A stretch of DNA of 64,000 nt from Patescibacteria group bacterium (GCA_018971305.1 JAGXBC010000002.1:144046-208045); one strand, 5' to 3'; shown: positions 1 through 9,237, counted from the first letter of the stretch. Numbers and translations are program-made. The notes: generated by a model from the sequence alone, not told the origin.

Positions 1-1052
1 TGAATGTCACTAAGGTTATTCACTCTGCCATCGTTGCCAGGATTAAATTATTATCTGGTCTCAAGATAGACGAGCACATGAGACCGCAGGACGGACGTTT
101 TCGGCATCAGATAGTAAACCAAGTTGTAGACGTGCGTGTCTCCGCGATACCGACCTATTATGGCGAGAAAGTAGAAATGCGTCTTTTGGACGCGACGCAG
201 AAACCTTTATCGTTGGAAGAGTTAGGAATGAACGAAACTATTTCTAAAATTGTTAATAACAATACTAAAAGTGCTTACGGTATGATTCTATCCTGCGGGC
301 CTACCGGTTCCGGAAAAACGACAACGCTTTACGCGATTATGAATATTTTGAACAAGCCGGAGGTCAATATTACCACAATTGAAGACCCGATTGAATACAA
401 TATGCGCTACGTGAATCAAACGCAGATAAATCCCCAGGCTGGCGTGACCTTTGCCTCAGGTCTTAGAGCTCTTCTCCGTCAAGACCCCAATATTATTATG
501 GTGGGCGAAATCAGAGACGCCGAGACCGCCGGAATTTCTGTTCAGGCGGCTCTTACTGGTCATCTTTTAATGTCTTCCTTGCACACGAACGACGCCCCCA
601 CGGCCATCCCGCGCCTCTTTGACCTTAATATTCCGCCATTTCTCGTTTCATCGGTATTAAATCTTGTGATAGCTCAACGCCTGGTGAGAAAAATTTGCCA
701 GACCTGCGTTTATTCTTTCGAGGCCGCTTCTGATATCCGCAAGGTTATTGCAGATCAGCTTAAAGATGTCGGTGCCGAGAGGGCCGAGGCCGAAATGCCC
801 AAGATTTTTTATCGCGGCAAAGGCTGTGACGATTGCGGTAAGACCGGCTATAAGGGAAGGCTTGGAATTTTTGAAGCTCTGGAGATAAATGATAAAATTA
901 AGAAGCTTATTGGTACCGGGTCTTTTGAACTGGAGGCCCTGCGCTCCGAGATCAGAAGAGAGGGGATGAAAACAATGTTTGAAGACGGCTTGGAGAAAGC
1001 CGAACTAGCCGTGACCACCATAGAGGAAGTATTGAGGGTCATCAGGGAATAG
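1..1052 (+). CDS. pilB: Type IV pilus assembly ATPase PilB/GspE family (5'-partial; reading frame open to window start)
   Basis: Frame is open upstream of the annotated ATG at 78 (..ARIKLLSGLKIDEHMRPQDGRF matches the GspE motif), Walker A GPTGSGKTT, Asp/His boxes, C-terminal CxxC..CxxC zinc motif (CQTC...CDDCGKTG). Confidence 0.85.
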   Translation, partial: NVTKVIHSAIVARIKLLSGLKIDEHMRPQDGRFRHQIVNQVVDVRVSAIPTYYGEKVEMRLLDATQKPLSLEELGMNETISKIVNNNTKSAYGMILSCGPTGSGKTTTLYAIMNILNKPEVNITTIEDPIEYNMRYVNQTQINPQAGVTFASGLRALLRQDPNIIMVGEIRDAETAGISVQAALTGHLLMSSLHTNDAPTAIPRLFDLNIPPFLVSSVLNLVIAQRLVRKICQTCVYSFEAASDIRKVIADQLKDVGAERAEAEMPKIFYRGKGCDDCGKTGYKGRLGIFEALEINDKIKKLIGTGSFELEALRSEIRREGMKTMFEDGLEKAELAVTTIEEVLRVIRE

Positions 1053-1070
1053 AAATTAGAAAATAGAACA
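1050..1070 (+). repeat. Three tandem TAGAAAN heptamers (TAGAAAT TAGAAAA TAGAACA) starting at the pilB stop codon
   Basis: Read directly from the sequence; the same motif recurs at 8753-8780 and 13686-13699. Confidence 0.5.
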
Positions 1071-1149
1071 AAATAAACAAATAAAAAAATAAACAGAGTA
1101 GAATTTAATTAGTTGATCGTGGGATTGAAGAAATAAAATCAAATCATCC

Positions 1150-1180
1150 TACTTCCTACTTTCTACTTTCTACTTTCTAC
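1150..1180 (+). repeat. Tandem heptamer array TACTTCC(TACTTTC)x3 TAC abutting the pilC start codon
   Basis: Read directly; it is the reverse complement of the GTAGAAA/TAGAAAN family found about 80 bp upstream; no room for a classical RBS before the ATG at 1183. Confidence 0.5.
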
Positions 1181-1182
1181 TA

Positions 1183-2388
1183 ATGCTTTACCACTACGTT
1201 GCCTCCGACAATTCAGGGAAGATTCTAGAAGCGGATTTGGATGCCGATAATTTGAGCCGCGTTCTTCAATACCTCGCGGGTCGTGACCTCCGCCCTATTT
1301 CTGTAAAGCCAGTCAAAGAAAGCGTATTCAACTTCAGGCGTTTTTTTGGAACAATAAGTATCTCCGATAAAATTTTTCTTACCAAGTATTTAGCTCTCAT
1401 GCTGCGCGTGGGAACAGATCTGTTGTCGGCTATCAATATTTTAATTTCCGATTTTGACAAACCTGCCGTCAAAAATTTTCTTTTGGAGGTTCGTGACAAT
1501 CTGAGCCGCGGCCAGCAGTTCTATAAGGCCTTTGAGAGTCATCCGGAAGCGTTTTCCCAAACCTTCGTTAGTTTAATCAAAGCAGCTGAGACATCCGGCA
1601 ATCTGCAGTCTACATTTGAAGAGCTCTCAACCTCCTTGGTACAGGAATCGGATTTGAGGAGTAAAATAAGAAGCGCATTTATCTACCCGATAATATTATT
1701 GAGCTCGGCATCTGGCGTGGTTGTATTTCTTGTCACCTTCGCTTTGCCCAAAATATCCCAGGTTTTCGTTGAGAGCGGCATAAAGCCGCCGTTTTTCTCC
1801 GGCCTTGTCTTTAGCGTAGGGCTTTTTATAGGAGGTAATATTTGGATAATTTTGCCGTTACTCCTCGCCATTATAGGATTTTTGGTTTACGCCTATTTCA
1901 AAACCGAAGTCGGCAAACAGATTTTCTATCGGGCTCTGAGCAATACCCCTATAATCAAAGAGATTTATAAGCAAATCGCGATTCAGCGGCTTGCTTCCAC
2001 GATGAGCTCTCTTATGCGCGCCGGACTACCTATAATAGACACAATTAAAGTCGCTGCCGATACGGTGGGACTAGCCGAATTCAGGTTCAGCTTGGAAAGA
2101 ATTGCTAACGAGGGGCTGTCTAAGGGTCTGACGATAGGTGAGGCATTCAAGCGCGAAGTCGTTTTCCCCAGGGCCGTCACCAATCTAATCGCCATTTCCG
2201 AAAAAGCTGGGCACCTGGAGGAAGTTCTAAAAACACTTTCCGATTTCTACGCGGCCAATATCGATTCCAGTATAAAGTCGCTAGTTTCATTCCTGGAGCC
2301 GATGCTCCTGTTAATGATGGGTTTGCTCGTGGCGATTATAGCTCTTTCTATAATAGTGCCAATCTATCAATTGGCTACGCAATTTTAA
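1183..2388 (+). CDS. pilC: Type IV pilus assembly inner-membrane platform protein PilC (GspF family)
   Basis: 401 aa, duplicated GspF-like cytoplasmic domains and three TM segments, immediately downstream of pilB. Confidence 0.85.
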   Translation: MLYHYVASDNSGKILEADLDADNLSRVLQYLAGRDLRPISVKPVKESVFNFRRFFGTISISDKIFLTKYLALMLRVGTDLLSAINILISDFDKPAVKNFLLEVRDNLSRGQQFYKAFESHPEAFSQTFVSLIKAAETSGNLQSTFEELSTSLVQESDLRSKIRSAFIYPIILLSSASGVVVFLVTFALPKISQVFVESGIKPPFFSGLVFSVGLFIGGNIWIILPLLLAIIGFLVYAYFKTEVGKQIFYRALSNTPIIKEIYKQIAIQRLASTMSSLMRAGLPIIDTIKVAADTVGLAEFRFSLERIANEGLSKGLTIGEAFKREVVFPRAVTNLIAISEKAGHLEEVLKTLSDFYAANIDSSIKSLVSFLEPMLLLMMGLLVAIIALSIIVPIYQLATQF

Positions 2389-2413
2389 AGTCTCATATCG
2401 TAAAATTATAGAT

Positions 2414-2935
2414 ATGACCTATAATTCGGATACTAAGAACTATGGGGCGATAAGAGGTTTTACCGTTCTTGAGATACTTATAGTTGCCGCAGTTTCTGTT
2501 GTAATTACGGTCGTCGTTGCTGCCAGTCTTCTGGGTCAAAAAAACACTACCGCTATAAACAATGCCGTAAGGGAAGCCGCTACTACGTTGAGAGAGGCTC
2601 AGAGTCGTTCCATCTCGCAGGAGGGCGGTGTGGTTTGGGGTGTGCATTTTGATAATAATTCTTCTACGCCCTTTTTTGCTCTTTTCCAGGGTTCCTACCC
2701 TGCCGGAGTTGTTGGTAGTTACGGCCTGCCCAGTAATGTTCAATTTTCCAGTTCCAGCATTGCCTCGGGCGGATCTTTGGAAATAACTTTTGCCAAAGGT
2801 TCCGGAGCACCCTCAACCTCAACGTCCCTTTCCATGAATCTAACATCTGGTGGCACCGTGACGACTCCGGCGAATATCAGCCGCACATCAAGCGGAAAAA
2901 TTTTCTTTGATGACTTCAATCGCTCTAATTTATGA
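2414..2935 (+). CDS. Prepilin-type (type IV pilin/pseudopilin) protein
   Basis: N-terminus ...RG|FTVLEILIVAAVSVV: the G/F cleavage site, Glu at +5 and a hydrophobic helix make a class III signal; Ser/Thr/Gly-rich C-terminal domain. Confidence 0.65.
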   Translation: MTYNSDTKNYGAIRGFTVLEILIVAAVSVVITVVVAASLLGQKNTTAINNAVREAATTLREAQSRSISQEGGVVWGVHFDNNSSTPFFALFQGSYPAGVVGSYGLPSNVQFSSSSIASGGSLEITFAKGSGAPSTSTSLSMNLTSGGTVTTPANISRTSSGKIFFDDFNRSNL

Positions 2936-3132
2936 TTAATAAGAAATTTAGCAATTATAGGCGATTAGTGATTGTTATTGTAATCTTGCTTTTGGCCGCT
3001 GGGCCGATTTCTTTTGACGTGACAGCACTCTTGCAACTATCCTCTCCGTTTTCTGTTTTACCCCCGTGGCAAGGGCAATTACCTGCGGCTTCGGTTCCGA
3101 CGGAATCCCATCACTCACAAACCTTACGGTAA
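2932..3132 (+). CDS. Small hypothetical membrane protein (66 aa)
   Basis: Single hydrophobic segment; ORF overlaps the pilin stop by 4 nt; weak support. Confidence 0.25.
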   Translation: MINKKFSNYRRLVIVIVILLLAAGPISFDVTALLQLSSPFSVLPPWQGQLPAASVPTESHHSQTLR

Positions 3133-3148
3133 CCAATACCAAATCGCT

Positions 3149-6100
3149 ATGAAAAAATATCTCGTCATAGGAATAGCACTCGCCGCGTTCTTTTCGTTCG
3201 CGCCCCGTTCCCATGCCGCATATTCCTATTACATGAGCCTGACCGTGACGAGTACGCCGACAATAGCTTCCGGTACGCAAACCAATTTCCCCATGCTTGT
3301 ATCTTCAACTGTTTCTTCGTGGGCTTCATCTGGTAATGGTGGGAATGTTCAGAACCTTACAACAGCTCCGAATGGTGTACAAGAACCAGCTGACCTTGTA
3401 TTCGCTACCTCTTCGGCAAACTGCGGCACTGCGAACCTCAACTTCGAAACAGAGTCGTATACTTCCAGCACGGGCGCTCTCATTGATTGGGTAAACGTGC
3501 CCTCTCTTTCCGCGGGAAGCGTTATCTATGCTTGTTACGATAATTCTTCGGTGACGACCGACCAATCCCATCCGTCTTCCACGTGGAACTCGCAATATCA
3601 GGATGTGTTCCATTTTCCGAACGGCACGATTCTTAACGCAAGCGATTCTACTGCAAATGCGAATAACGGAACTATACATACCGTTACCGCGACAACGACA
3701 GGAGAAATTGACGGTGCTGGGAATTACAACGGTTCTTCCGATATTACGCTGAAATCATCTCAAGACTATTATAACTTTACGGCGGAAAGCTGGGTAAATT
3801 ATATACAGGGAGGGCAAATTGAAACTATTGTTTCAAATAAGGGGACGGGGTGTACTGCTGGTTCGACAAACGATGGATACGCACTATATGTAAATAGTTA
3901 CAATACCAGCGATGAAAATCTTGTGTTTGAGGTTGGTAATAATGGCGGTTGTACTGCACATACTTTCAAAGATTCAACCACCCTTATAGTTCCAGGTAAA
4001 TGGACGGATGTCGCAGTAACTTATGCAAGCAGTACGGGGAGTGCTTCATTATTCGTGAATGGTTCGCTTATTGTGTCTACCAGTTCCCTCGCAAAAAATC
4101 TTCAGACCAATTCTTCAACGAACCCGTTTACAATCGGCGCTTTTGCCTACAATACGAACGTTCCCTATTACATATCGGGCAGGATAGACGAAACGCGAAT
4201 ATCAAATGCGGTGCTCTCACCTTCATGGATTCTCACCGAGTATAATAACCAATCAAGCCCTTCCACTTTCTACGCGGTGGGGGCGCAGACGGCATTTTCC
4301 GCCTCCGACACCTCTCCCCCCACCCCCAACCCCATGGCCTTCGCCTCGGGCTCACCGACCGTCACAGGAACTTCAACAATAACAATGAGCGCCACCACGA
4401 CAGCTACGGATGCTACCTTACCAGTTTATTTCCAATTCGCTAATGTTTCTTGTACTTCTAACGGCGGCTCCAATGGCACATCCTCTACCTGGATAACCAC
4501 GAGTTCTTTCCCCTATAGCAACGCCGGCCTCCAAGCCAACGAATGTTACGCCTATACCGTTCAGGCAAGAGATTCCGTCTCGCCTACTCCGAATACCGGG
4601 ACGGCCTCGGCAAGCTCTTCCATCTACACCTACGCTTCCACCCCCGGAACCCCAACCCTGAACGGTGCCTCCACTTCAACTCTCAATATCACGGTAGCCG
4701 CTAACGGCAACCCCAGCTCCAATCCGACAACCCTTTTCTCCGTACAGGTAACCTCAACCTCACCAACAGACAACAATACTCTAGGCAAATTTATCGACTC
4801 CGCAGGAGCCATAACAACTAGTGCCGTCTGGCTTTCTGCCGCAACCTGGAATGCCGTTGCCATCAAGAACCTCCAGGCGAATACCACTTACGGCATTACA
4901 GTCCAAGCGGAGAATAACGGCACCCCGAACATTGCTACCGCCTGGAGCGCGATAGGGAGCGGGACGACGAATGCCAGTCTACCAGGAACTCCGGGTACGC
5001 CGACGTATAGCAATGTTTCTACGTCAACAATGACAGTAAGCTGGACTTCGGCGACGAATGCAACTTACTATGACTTGGAGCGCGGCACTAACGGTAATAC
5101 ATTCGCCCATATAACAACAACTACTGCTCCGACGGCAACTTATAACGATTCCGGTCTCTCTATATCAACCACTTATTATTATCGTGTCAGGGGAAATAAC
5201 TCATCCGGCGACGGCTCTTACAGCGCATCGTCGAGCCAGGCGACCACGTCGGGCAATTCTTCTCCTAATGCGCCCTCCGCGGACTCTCCTGCCAATGCCT
5301 TAAGCGATGTGAGCACAGCTCCGGTTTTCAAGATGACGGCAACAGACCCCAATTCGGACACGATAAGATATAAGGTTATTATTTATTCCAACTCGGGATG
5401 CACGACAATCGTGCAGACCAATGACCAAAATTCTTCGCAAACCGGCTGGAGCGGACAGAATGCTTCTTCCAGCACTTCTTATACTTCTGGTACGCAGGGG
5501 ACATATACGGTTCAAAGCAATCTTTCTAGCAATACCACTTATTATTGGCAAACTTATGCCATAGACCCATCGGGTTCAAATACCTGGAGTTCGGCTTCAG
5601 CTTGTCAGAATTTCACGACTACTTATGGAAATTGGGTAACAGACTCTGGCAGTTGGAGTATCTCGTCCAGCCAGCTTGTTGCTACGCCTACATCTAGTTC
5701 GATATTCCAGATTCATGCCAGCACTACAAGTCAGACGAATGCAGTTGTTGATTTCAAGATGAAAGCAAGCGCAACAGGTGCTAATACTGGCAGTGGCGGG
5801 GCAGTTCTCCGTGCCGATACTGGCAGCAACAGGTATCTACTGCCTGTTGGTAATGTTCAGAACAATCTTTCTGTTGTCGGTGCGACTATCTCCAACGCAT
5901 ATAGCACCGTTGCTTCCACGGCTTTCACTTTCAGTGCGGCAACCTTCTATCAGTTCAGGGGGTCGCTTTCCGGAACCTCCTTAAAGTCCTGGATTAACGG
6001 CGGCACCGCTATCTCGGCAAGCACATCAAGTTTGGGTAGCTCCGGTTTTTCCGGACTTTACGCGTCGTCAACCAACGGCAGCGTTACCTTTACTTACGAC

Positions 6101-6469
6101 AACTTTGCCCTCTATAATTCCACTACTATTACGCTTAACAATTTGCCTGCAGGAGGTTCTTGGGCCGTGAGGAATTCTGCCGGTACGGTGATTGCCGGTT
6201 CTTGCACGACCGGTTCAACTTGGGATTTATCGACTTACAATGGCCAGGTGCCTATCGACTATGATAACGGTGGCGGCAGCATAGCTATCTGGACCGGCAG
6301 CACAATTTGTAGCGGAGCTCAGAATTTAACTTATCCCGCCAGCGGTTTGGCTACTGATATATTCGGCGGTGATGTATATTCCTATAATGGTGCTAGCCAG
6401 AGCGGCGGAGTGTCTGTTGTCTCTTCATCCACTATTAATATAAATTCCACTGGATTGATAACCTATTGA
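3149..6469 (+). CDS. Large secreted surface protein (1106 aa) with LamG/concanavalin-A-like lectin domain and fibronectin type III repeats
   Basis: Sec signal peptide (MKKYLVIGIALAAFFSFAPRSHA|A); LamG-type motif ...YISGRIDETRISNAVLS...; FN3-like segments (PGTPGTPTYSNVSTSTMTVSWTS...YYDLERG...TYYYRVRG); very Ser/Thr/Asn-rich. Confidence 0.6.
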   Translation: MKKYLVIGIALAAFFSFAPRSHAAYSYYMSLTVTSTPTIASGTQTNFPMLVSSTVSSWASSGNGGNVQNLTTAPNGVQEPADLVFATSSANCGTANLNFETESYTSSTGALIDWVNVPSLSAGSVIYACYDNSSVTTDQSHPSSTWNSQYQDVFHFPNGTILNASDSTANANNGTIHTVTATTTGEIDGAGNYNGSSDITLKSSQDYYNFTAESWVNYIQGGQIETIVSNKGTGCTAGSTNDGYALYVNSYNTSDENLVFEVGNNGGCTAHTFKDSTTLIVPGKWTDVAVTYASSTGSASLFVNGSLIVSTSSLAKNLQTNSSTNPFTIGAFAYNTNVPYYISGRIDETRISNAVLSPSWILTEYNNQSSPSTFYAVGAQTAFSASDTSPPTPNPMAFASGSPTVTGTSTITMSATTTATDATLPVYFQFANVSCTSNGGSNGTSSTWITTSSFPYSNAGLQANECYAYTVQARDSVSPTPNTGTASASSSIYTYASTPGTPTLNGASTSTLNITVAANGNPSSNPTTLFSVQVTSTSPTDNNTLGKFIDSAGAITTSAVWLSAATWNAVAIKNLQANTTYGITVQAENNGTPNIATAWSAIGSGTTNASLPGTPGTPTYSNVSTSTMTVSWTSATNATYYDLERGTNGNTFAHITTTTAPTATYNDSGLSISTTYYYRVRGNNSSGDGSYSASSSQATTSGNSSPNAPSADSPANALSDVSTAPVFKMTATDPNSDTIRYKVIIYSNSGCTTIVQTNDQNSSQTGWSGQNASSSTSYTSGTQGTYTVQSNLSSNTTYYWQTYAIDPSGSNTWSSASACQNFTTTYGNWVTDSGSWSISSSQLVATPTSSSIFQIHASTTSQTNAVVDFKMKASATGANTGSGGAVLRADTGSNRYLLPVGNVQNNLSVVGATISNAYSTVASTAFTFSAATFYQFRGSLSGTSLKSWINGGTAISASTSSLGSSGFSGLYASSTNGSVTFTYDNFALYNSTTITLNNLPAGGSWAVRNSAGTVIAGSCTTGSTWDLSTYNGQVPIDYDNGGGSIAIWTGSTICSGAQNLTYPASGLATDIFGGDVYSYNGASQSGGVSVVSSSTININSTGLITY

Positions 6470-6484
6470 TACATAAAATAAAAA

Positions 6485-6510
6485 ACGGCTCATGAGCCGT
6501 TTTTTATTTT
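6485..6510. terminator. Rho-independent terminator (acggctcatgagccgt hairpin plus T-run), bidirectional between convergent genes
   Basis: Perfect 7-bp stem with a T8 tract on the plus strand and an A5 tract before it. Confidence 0.7.
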
Positions 6511-6532
6511 ATTAATCTATTTCTTTATTTTG

Positions 6533-7042
6533 TTATTTAACCAGGAAATTCACATCTATATGTTCGTTTGCTCCTACATATACCCTTTTTGGAAGCTGGT
6601 CGCTGGAACCAGTTCCGGAAACTATATTTACAACATATTCTCCGGGCAATACCGTGAATTGATAAGTATCATTAGCAGAGATATTGGTAGTATCTAAAAC
6701 TTTATTGGTTTGCGGGTCAGAGATTGATACCTTAACAGAGGTAATGCTTATTGTTGCTCCTGGAGCTATTTTTGTGGATCCGCCCAGAATCCCTACTGCC
6801 TGTGTGGGTTGAGGTTTTATAAGTCCGGTTGCATACGTACTCGTTGACCCAGAAGCGTCCTTACCATAACTGGAAGCGGGAATGGGAACATTGGGAATAG
6901 GAATGGTTGTAAGCGGAGCGCTTAGGGGATTAGAGCCGGTAGTAGAATTATTATTTGTCGGCGCCGATCTAAAGCCGATATACCAGACAATTCCGACAGC
7001 AACCGCTACAACCGCAATAATAACGGGCAATATTCTTTTCAT
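6533..7042 (-). CDS. Hypothetical secreted/membrane-anchored protein
   Basis: N-terminal TM/signal (MKRILPVIIAVVAVAVGIVWYIGF), Thr/Ser/Pro-rich linker, beta-rich C-terminal domain. Confidence 0.4.
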   Translation of the reverse strand: MKRILPVIIAVVAVAVGIVWYIGFRSAPTNNNSTTGSNPLSAPLTTIPIPNVPIPASSYGKDASGSTSTYATGLIKPQPTQAVGILGGSTKIAPGATISITSVKVSISDPQTNKVLDTTNISANDTYQFTVLPGEYVVNIVSGTGSSDQLPKRVYVGANEHIDVNFLVK

Positions 7043-7172
7043 GGTTCTATTATTATAACAAATAATTTATTCAATGAGCAAAAATTCTCTTATCCACAGG
7101 GTTTATTGACAAGAACGCCAGATCACTTACGCCCCCATTAATAAAACTTAGGCGATAAATGTATAATTAATA

Positions 7173-7823
7173 TTGATGAGCAATATTAAAAGATTGTTTA
7201 TGTTTCTAAGTCACCGGGGAAAGGGCCAGTCCTTGGTGGAGATACTTATCGCGGTGTCTATCGGGGCTCTTATGATAATAGCTGCTGCTGGGGTTATTGC
7301 CCCGGCCTTAAGGATTAATACTCAGACTATCCATGCTCAGACGGGTACAGCCTTTGCTAAGGAACTTATGGAGAACGTGCGCGTCTGGAGCGAAGGTGAT
7401 TGGCACAGGATTGCGTCCCTGGCAACCTCGTCAGTTAATCATTACTATCTTGTCACCACGGGTTCCCCGTTCGCATCTTCCACTGGGGACCAGACGGTTA
7501 TCGTTTCCACGACCACATATACGCGTTATTTTTATGTTGACGACGTCTATCGCGATTCTGGGGATAATATAGCTACGAACGGTACGTTATACTACGACCC
7601 ATCCACAAAAAAAATAACGGTTGCTTATAGCTGGCCACAGAGTGCTACCAATACTATGTACCAATATATAACGAGGTATCGCAATAATGTTTTTGTCCAA
7701 ACAGATTGGTCCGGAGGCTCCGGTCAAAGCGGTCCGGTGACGAGCACTAATAATATGTTTTCCACCTCCACTAATATTGATAACACCACTTCGAGCGGAG
7801 CTATTTATATAAACCTGCATTAG
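7173..7823 (+). CDS. Prepilin-type minor pilin-like protein
   Basis: ...HRGKG|QSLVEILIAVSIGALMIIAAAGVIA: class III signal with Glu+5; the true start may be the internal Met at 7200. Confidence 0.5.
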   Translation: MMSNIKRLFMFLSHRGKGQSLVEILIAVSIGALMIIAAAGVIAPALRINTQTIHAQTGTAFAKELMENVRVWSEGDWHRIASLATSSVNHYYLVTTGSPFASSTGDQTVIVSTTTYTRYFYVDDVYRDSGDNIATNGTLYYDPSTKKITVAYSWPQSATNTMYQYITRYRNNVFVQTDWSGGSGQSGPVTSTNNMFSTSTNIDNTTSSGAIYINLH

Positions 7824-7846
7824 GGCGATACGAATATCTTAGAACA

Positions 7847-8749
7847 ATGCGTACGTTACCAATCAATTTTAAAATATTATTAATATTATTTATTGCCGTT
7901 TGCGGTGTGTTTTTACGTTTGCCTGCGGCTAATGCTTCCACAAATATCAGCGCGACCACTACGGACCACTGGGCTTGGAGCGATGTTATCGGTTGGATTG
8001 ATTTTTATAACACTCTGACGGTTACGGTGAGCTCCACTGCGTTGAGCGGTTATGCGAGTTCGTCGGCCGGAGATATTTCTCTTGACTGTGCGACGACGAG
8101 GGGCGGGAATATCTGTTCCCCCAGTAATGGCAATTATTATGTATCAAACGATAACTCGGGGAATCTGGCTGGATGGGGTTGGAACGACACTTACGGTTGG
8201 GTAAGCTTTTGCGGTGGGCAGGGGACAGCTAATTGTCCTGGTGCCGTTTCTTATCTAACCTATATTCTAGGCAATGGTAAGTTTGAGGGCTGGGCCTGGA
8301 ACGATATCGTTGGATGGCTTAGTTTCAATTGCAATAATTATAGCGATTGCGACACTAATGCCAGCACAACACAATATAGGGTTACTACCAGTTGGCAGCC
8401 GAGTTCAACAATAGGAACACTTGACTCCAGCACTTTTGATACCGGAGTGAATGCCGGTGCCCAGTTGAATTCCGTTATGTGGAATGGTCCGACGCCACCA
8501 GGCGGTACTTCGGTAAAATTCCAGTTTGCCTCGTCTAATTCTTCTAGTGGCCCTTGGACTACGTATATCGGTACCGATGGAACTTCCAACACCTATTATA
8601 CTCCATCTGGTCCGAACGTTCCGGTAAGACTCAGCTATACACTTCATAATAATTATCGTTATTTCCGTTACAGAGTCAGTTTATTTTCCAACTCATCGTC
8701 AACTCTTACCCCGGAAGTGGACGATATTATTATTAACTGGAGCCCGTAG
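7847..8749 (+). CDS. Secreted protein with three Trp-rich GW-type internal repeats, pilus-locus associated
   Basis: Signal peptide; repeats HWAWSDVIGWIDF / GWGWNDTYGWVSF / GWAWNDIVGWLSF each followed by a Cys-containing segment. Confidence 0.45.
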   Translation: MRTLPINFKILLILFIAVCGVFLRLPAANASTNISATTTDHWAWSDVIGWIDFYNTLTVTVSSTALSGYASSSAGDISLDCATTRGGNICSPSNGNYYVSNDNSGNLAGWGWNDTYGWVSFCGGQGTANCPGAVSYLTYILGNGKFEGWAWNDIVGWLSFNCNNYSDCDTNASTTQYRVTTSWQPSSTIGTLDSSTFDTGVNAGAQLNSVMWNGPTPPGGTSVKFQFASSNSSSGPWTTYIGTDGTSNTYYTPSGPNVPVRLSYTLHNNYRYFRYRVSLFSNSSSTLTPEVDDIIINWSP

Positions 8750-8752
8750 GGT

Positions 8753-8780
8753 AGAAATTAGAGAGTAGAAAATAGAATAA
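8753..8780 (+). repeat. Four TAGAAAN heptamers (TAGAAAT TAGAGAG TAGAAAA TAGAATA)
   Basis: Read directly; second copy of the module seen at 1050-1070. Confidence 0.5.
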
Positions 8781-8790
8781 AATTTCCAAT

Positions 8791-9237
8791 ATGAATAAAC
8801 ACAAAAAGAATATAATGCTATTTTCTATTTTCTATTTTCTATTTTCTCGCAAGTGGGGTCAGGCCGTTCTCTCCCTTGTCCTTTTAATGGGAGGTGTGAT
8901 AGTCGTTATTGCCTTGAGCTTGGCCTTCTTCGCAACTTCTTTTGTCAACTCAGCATACGGTTTCCAGGCAGCTCAGCGGGCAGAAGCAATTGCTTCTGCC
9001 GGGGTTTATGATGCCATGATAATGCTCGTTCGCGAGGGGAGCGGGCTAACACTTTCCTCTTCCTCGGTTCCTATCGGCAGTGATACGGCCACGGTTACGA
9101 TTGTGGCTAATTCGCCGGCGACCGGTGAGTCCACGATAACTTCTTATGCATCTGTTTCTCAAAGGCAAAGAACTCTTACAGTCATTGTTTCCGTATCATC
9201 AAGCACTGGGCAAGTTCTGCCGGTTTCCTGGCAATAA
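8791..9237 (+). CDS. Hypothetical membrane-anchored protein in pilus locus
   Basis: Lys-rich N-terminus plus a long hydrophobic segment; no Glu+5, so not a canonical pilin; start uncertain because a 28-nt heptamer array sits in the 5' region. Confidence 0.4.
   Translation: MNKHKKNIMLFSIFYFLFSRKWGQAVLSLVLLMGGVIVVIALSLAFFATSFVNSAYGFQAAQRAEAIASAGVYDAMIMLVREGSGLTLSSSSVPIGSDTATVTIVANSPATGESTITSYASVSQRQRTLTVIVSVSSSTGQVLPVSWQ
8819..8846 (+). repeat. (TATTTTC)x4 tandem heptamer array, inverted complement of TAGAAAA
   Basis: Read directly; lies inside the 5' end of ORF 8791-9237 if the first ATG is used, or in its leader if translation starts at the Met at 8887. Confidence 0.5.
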
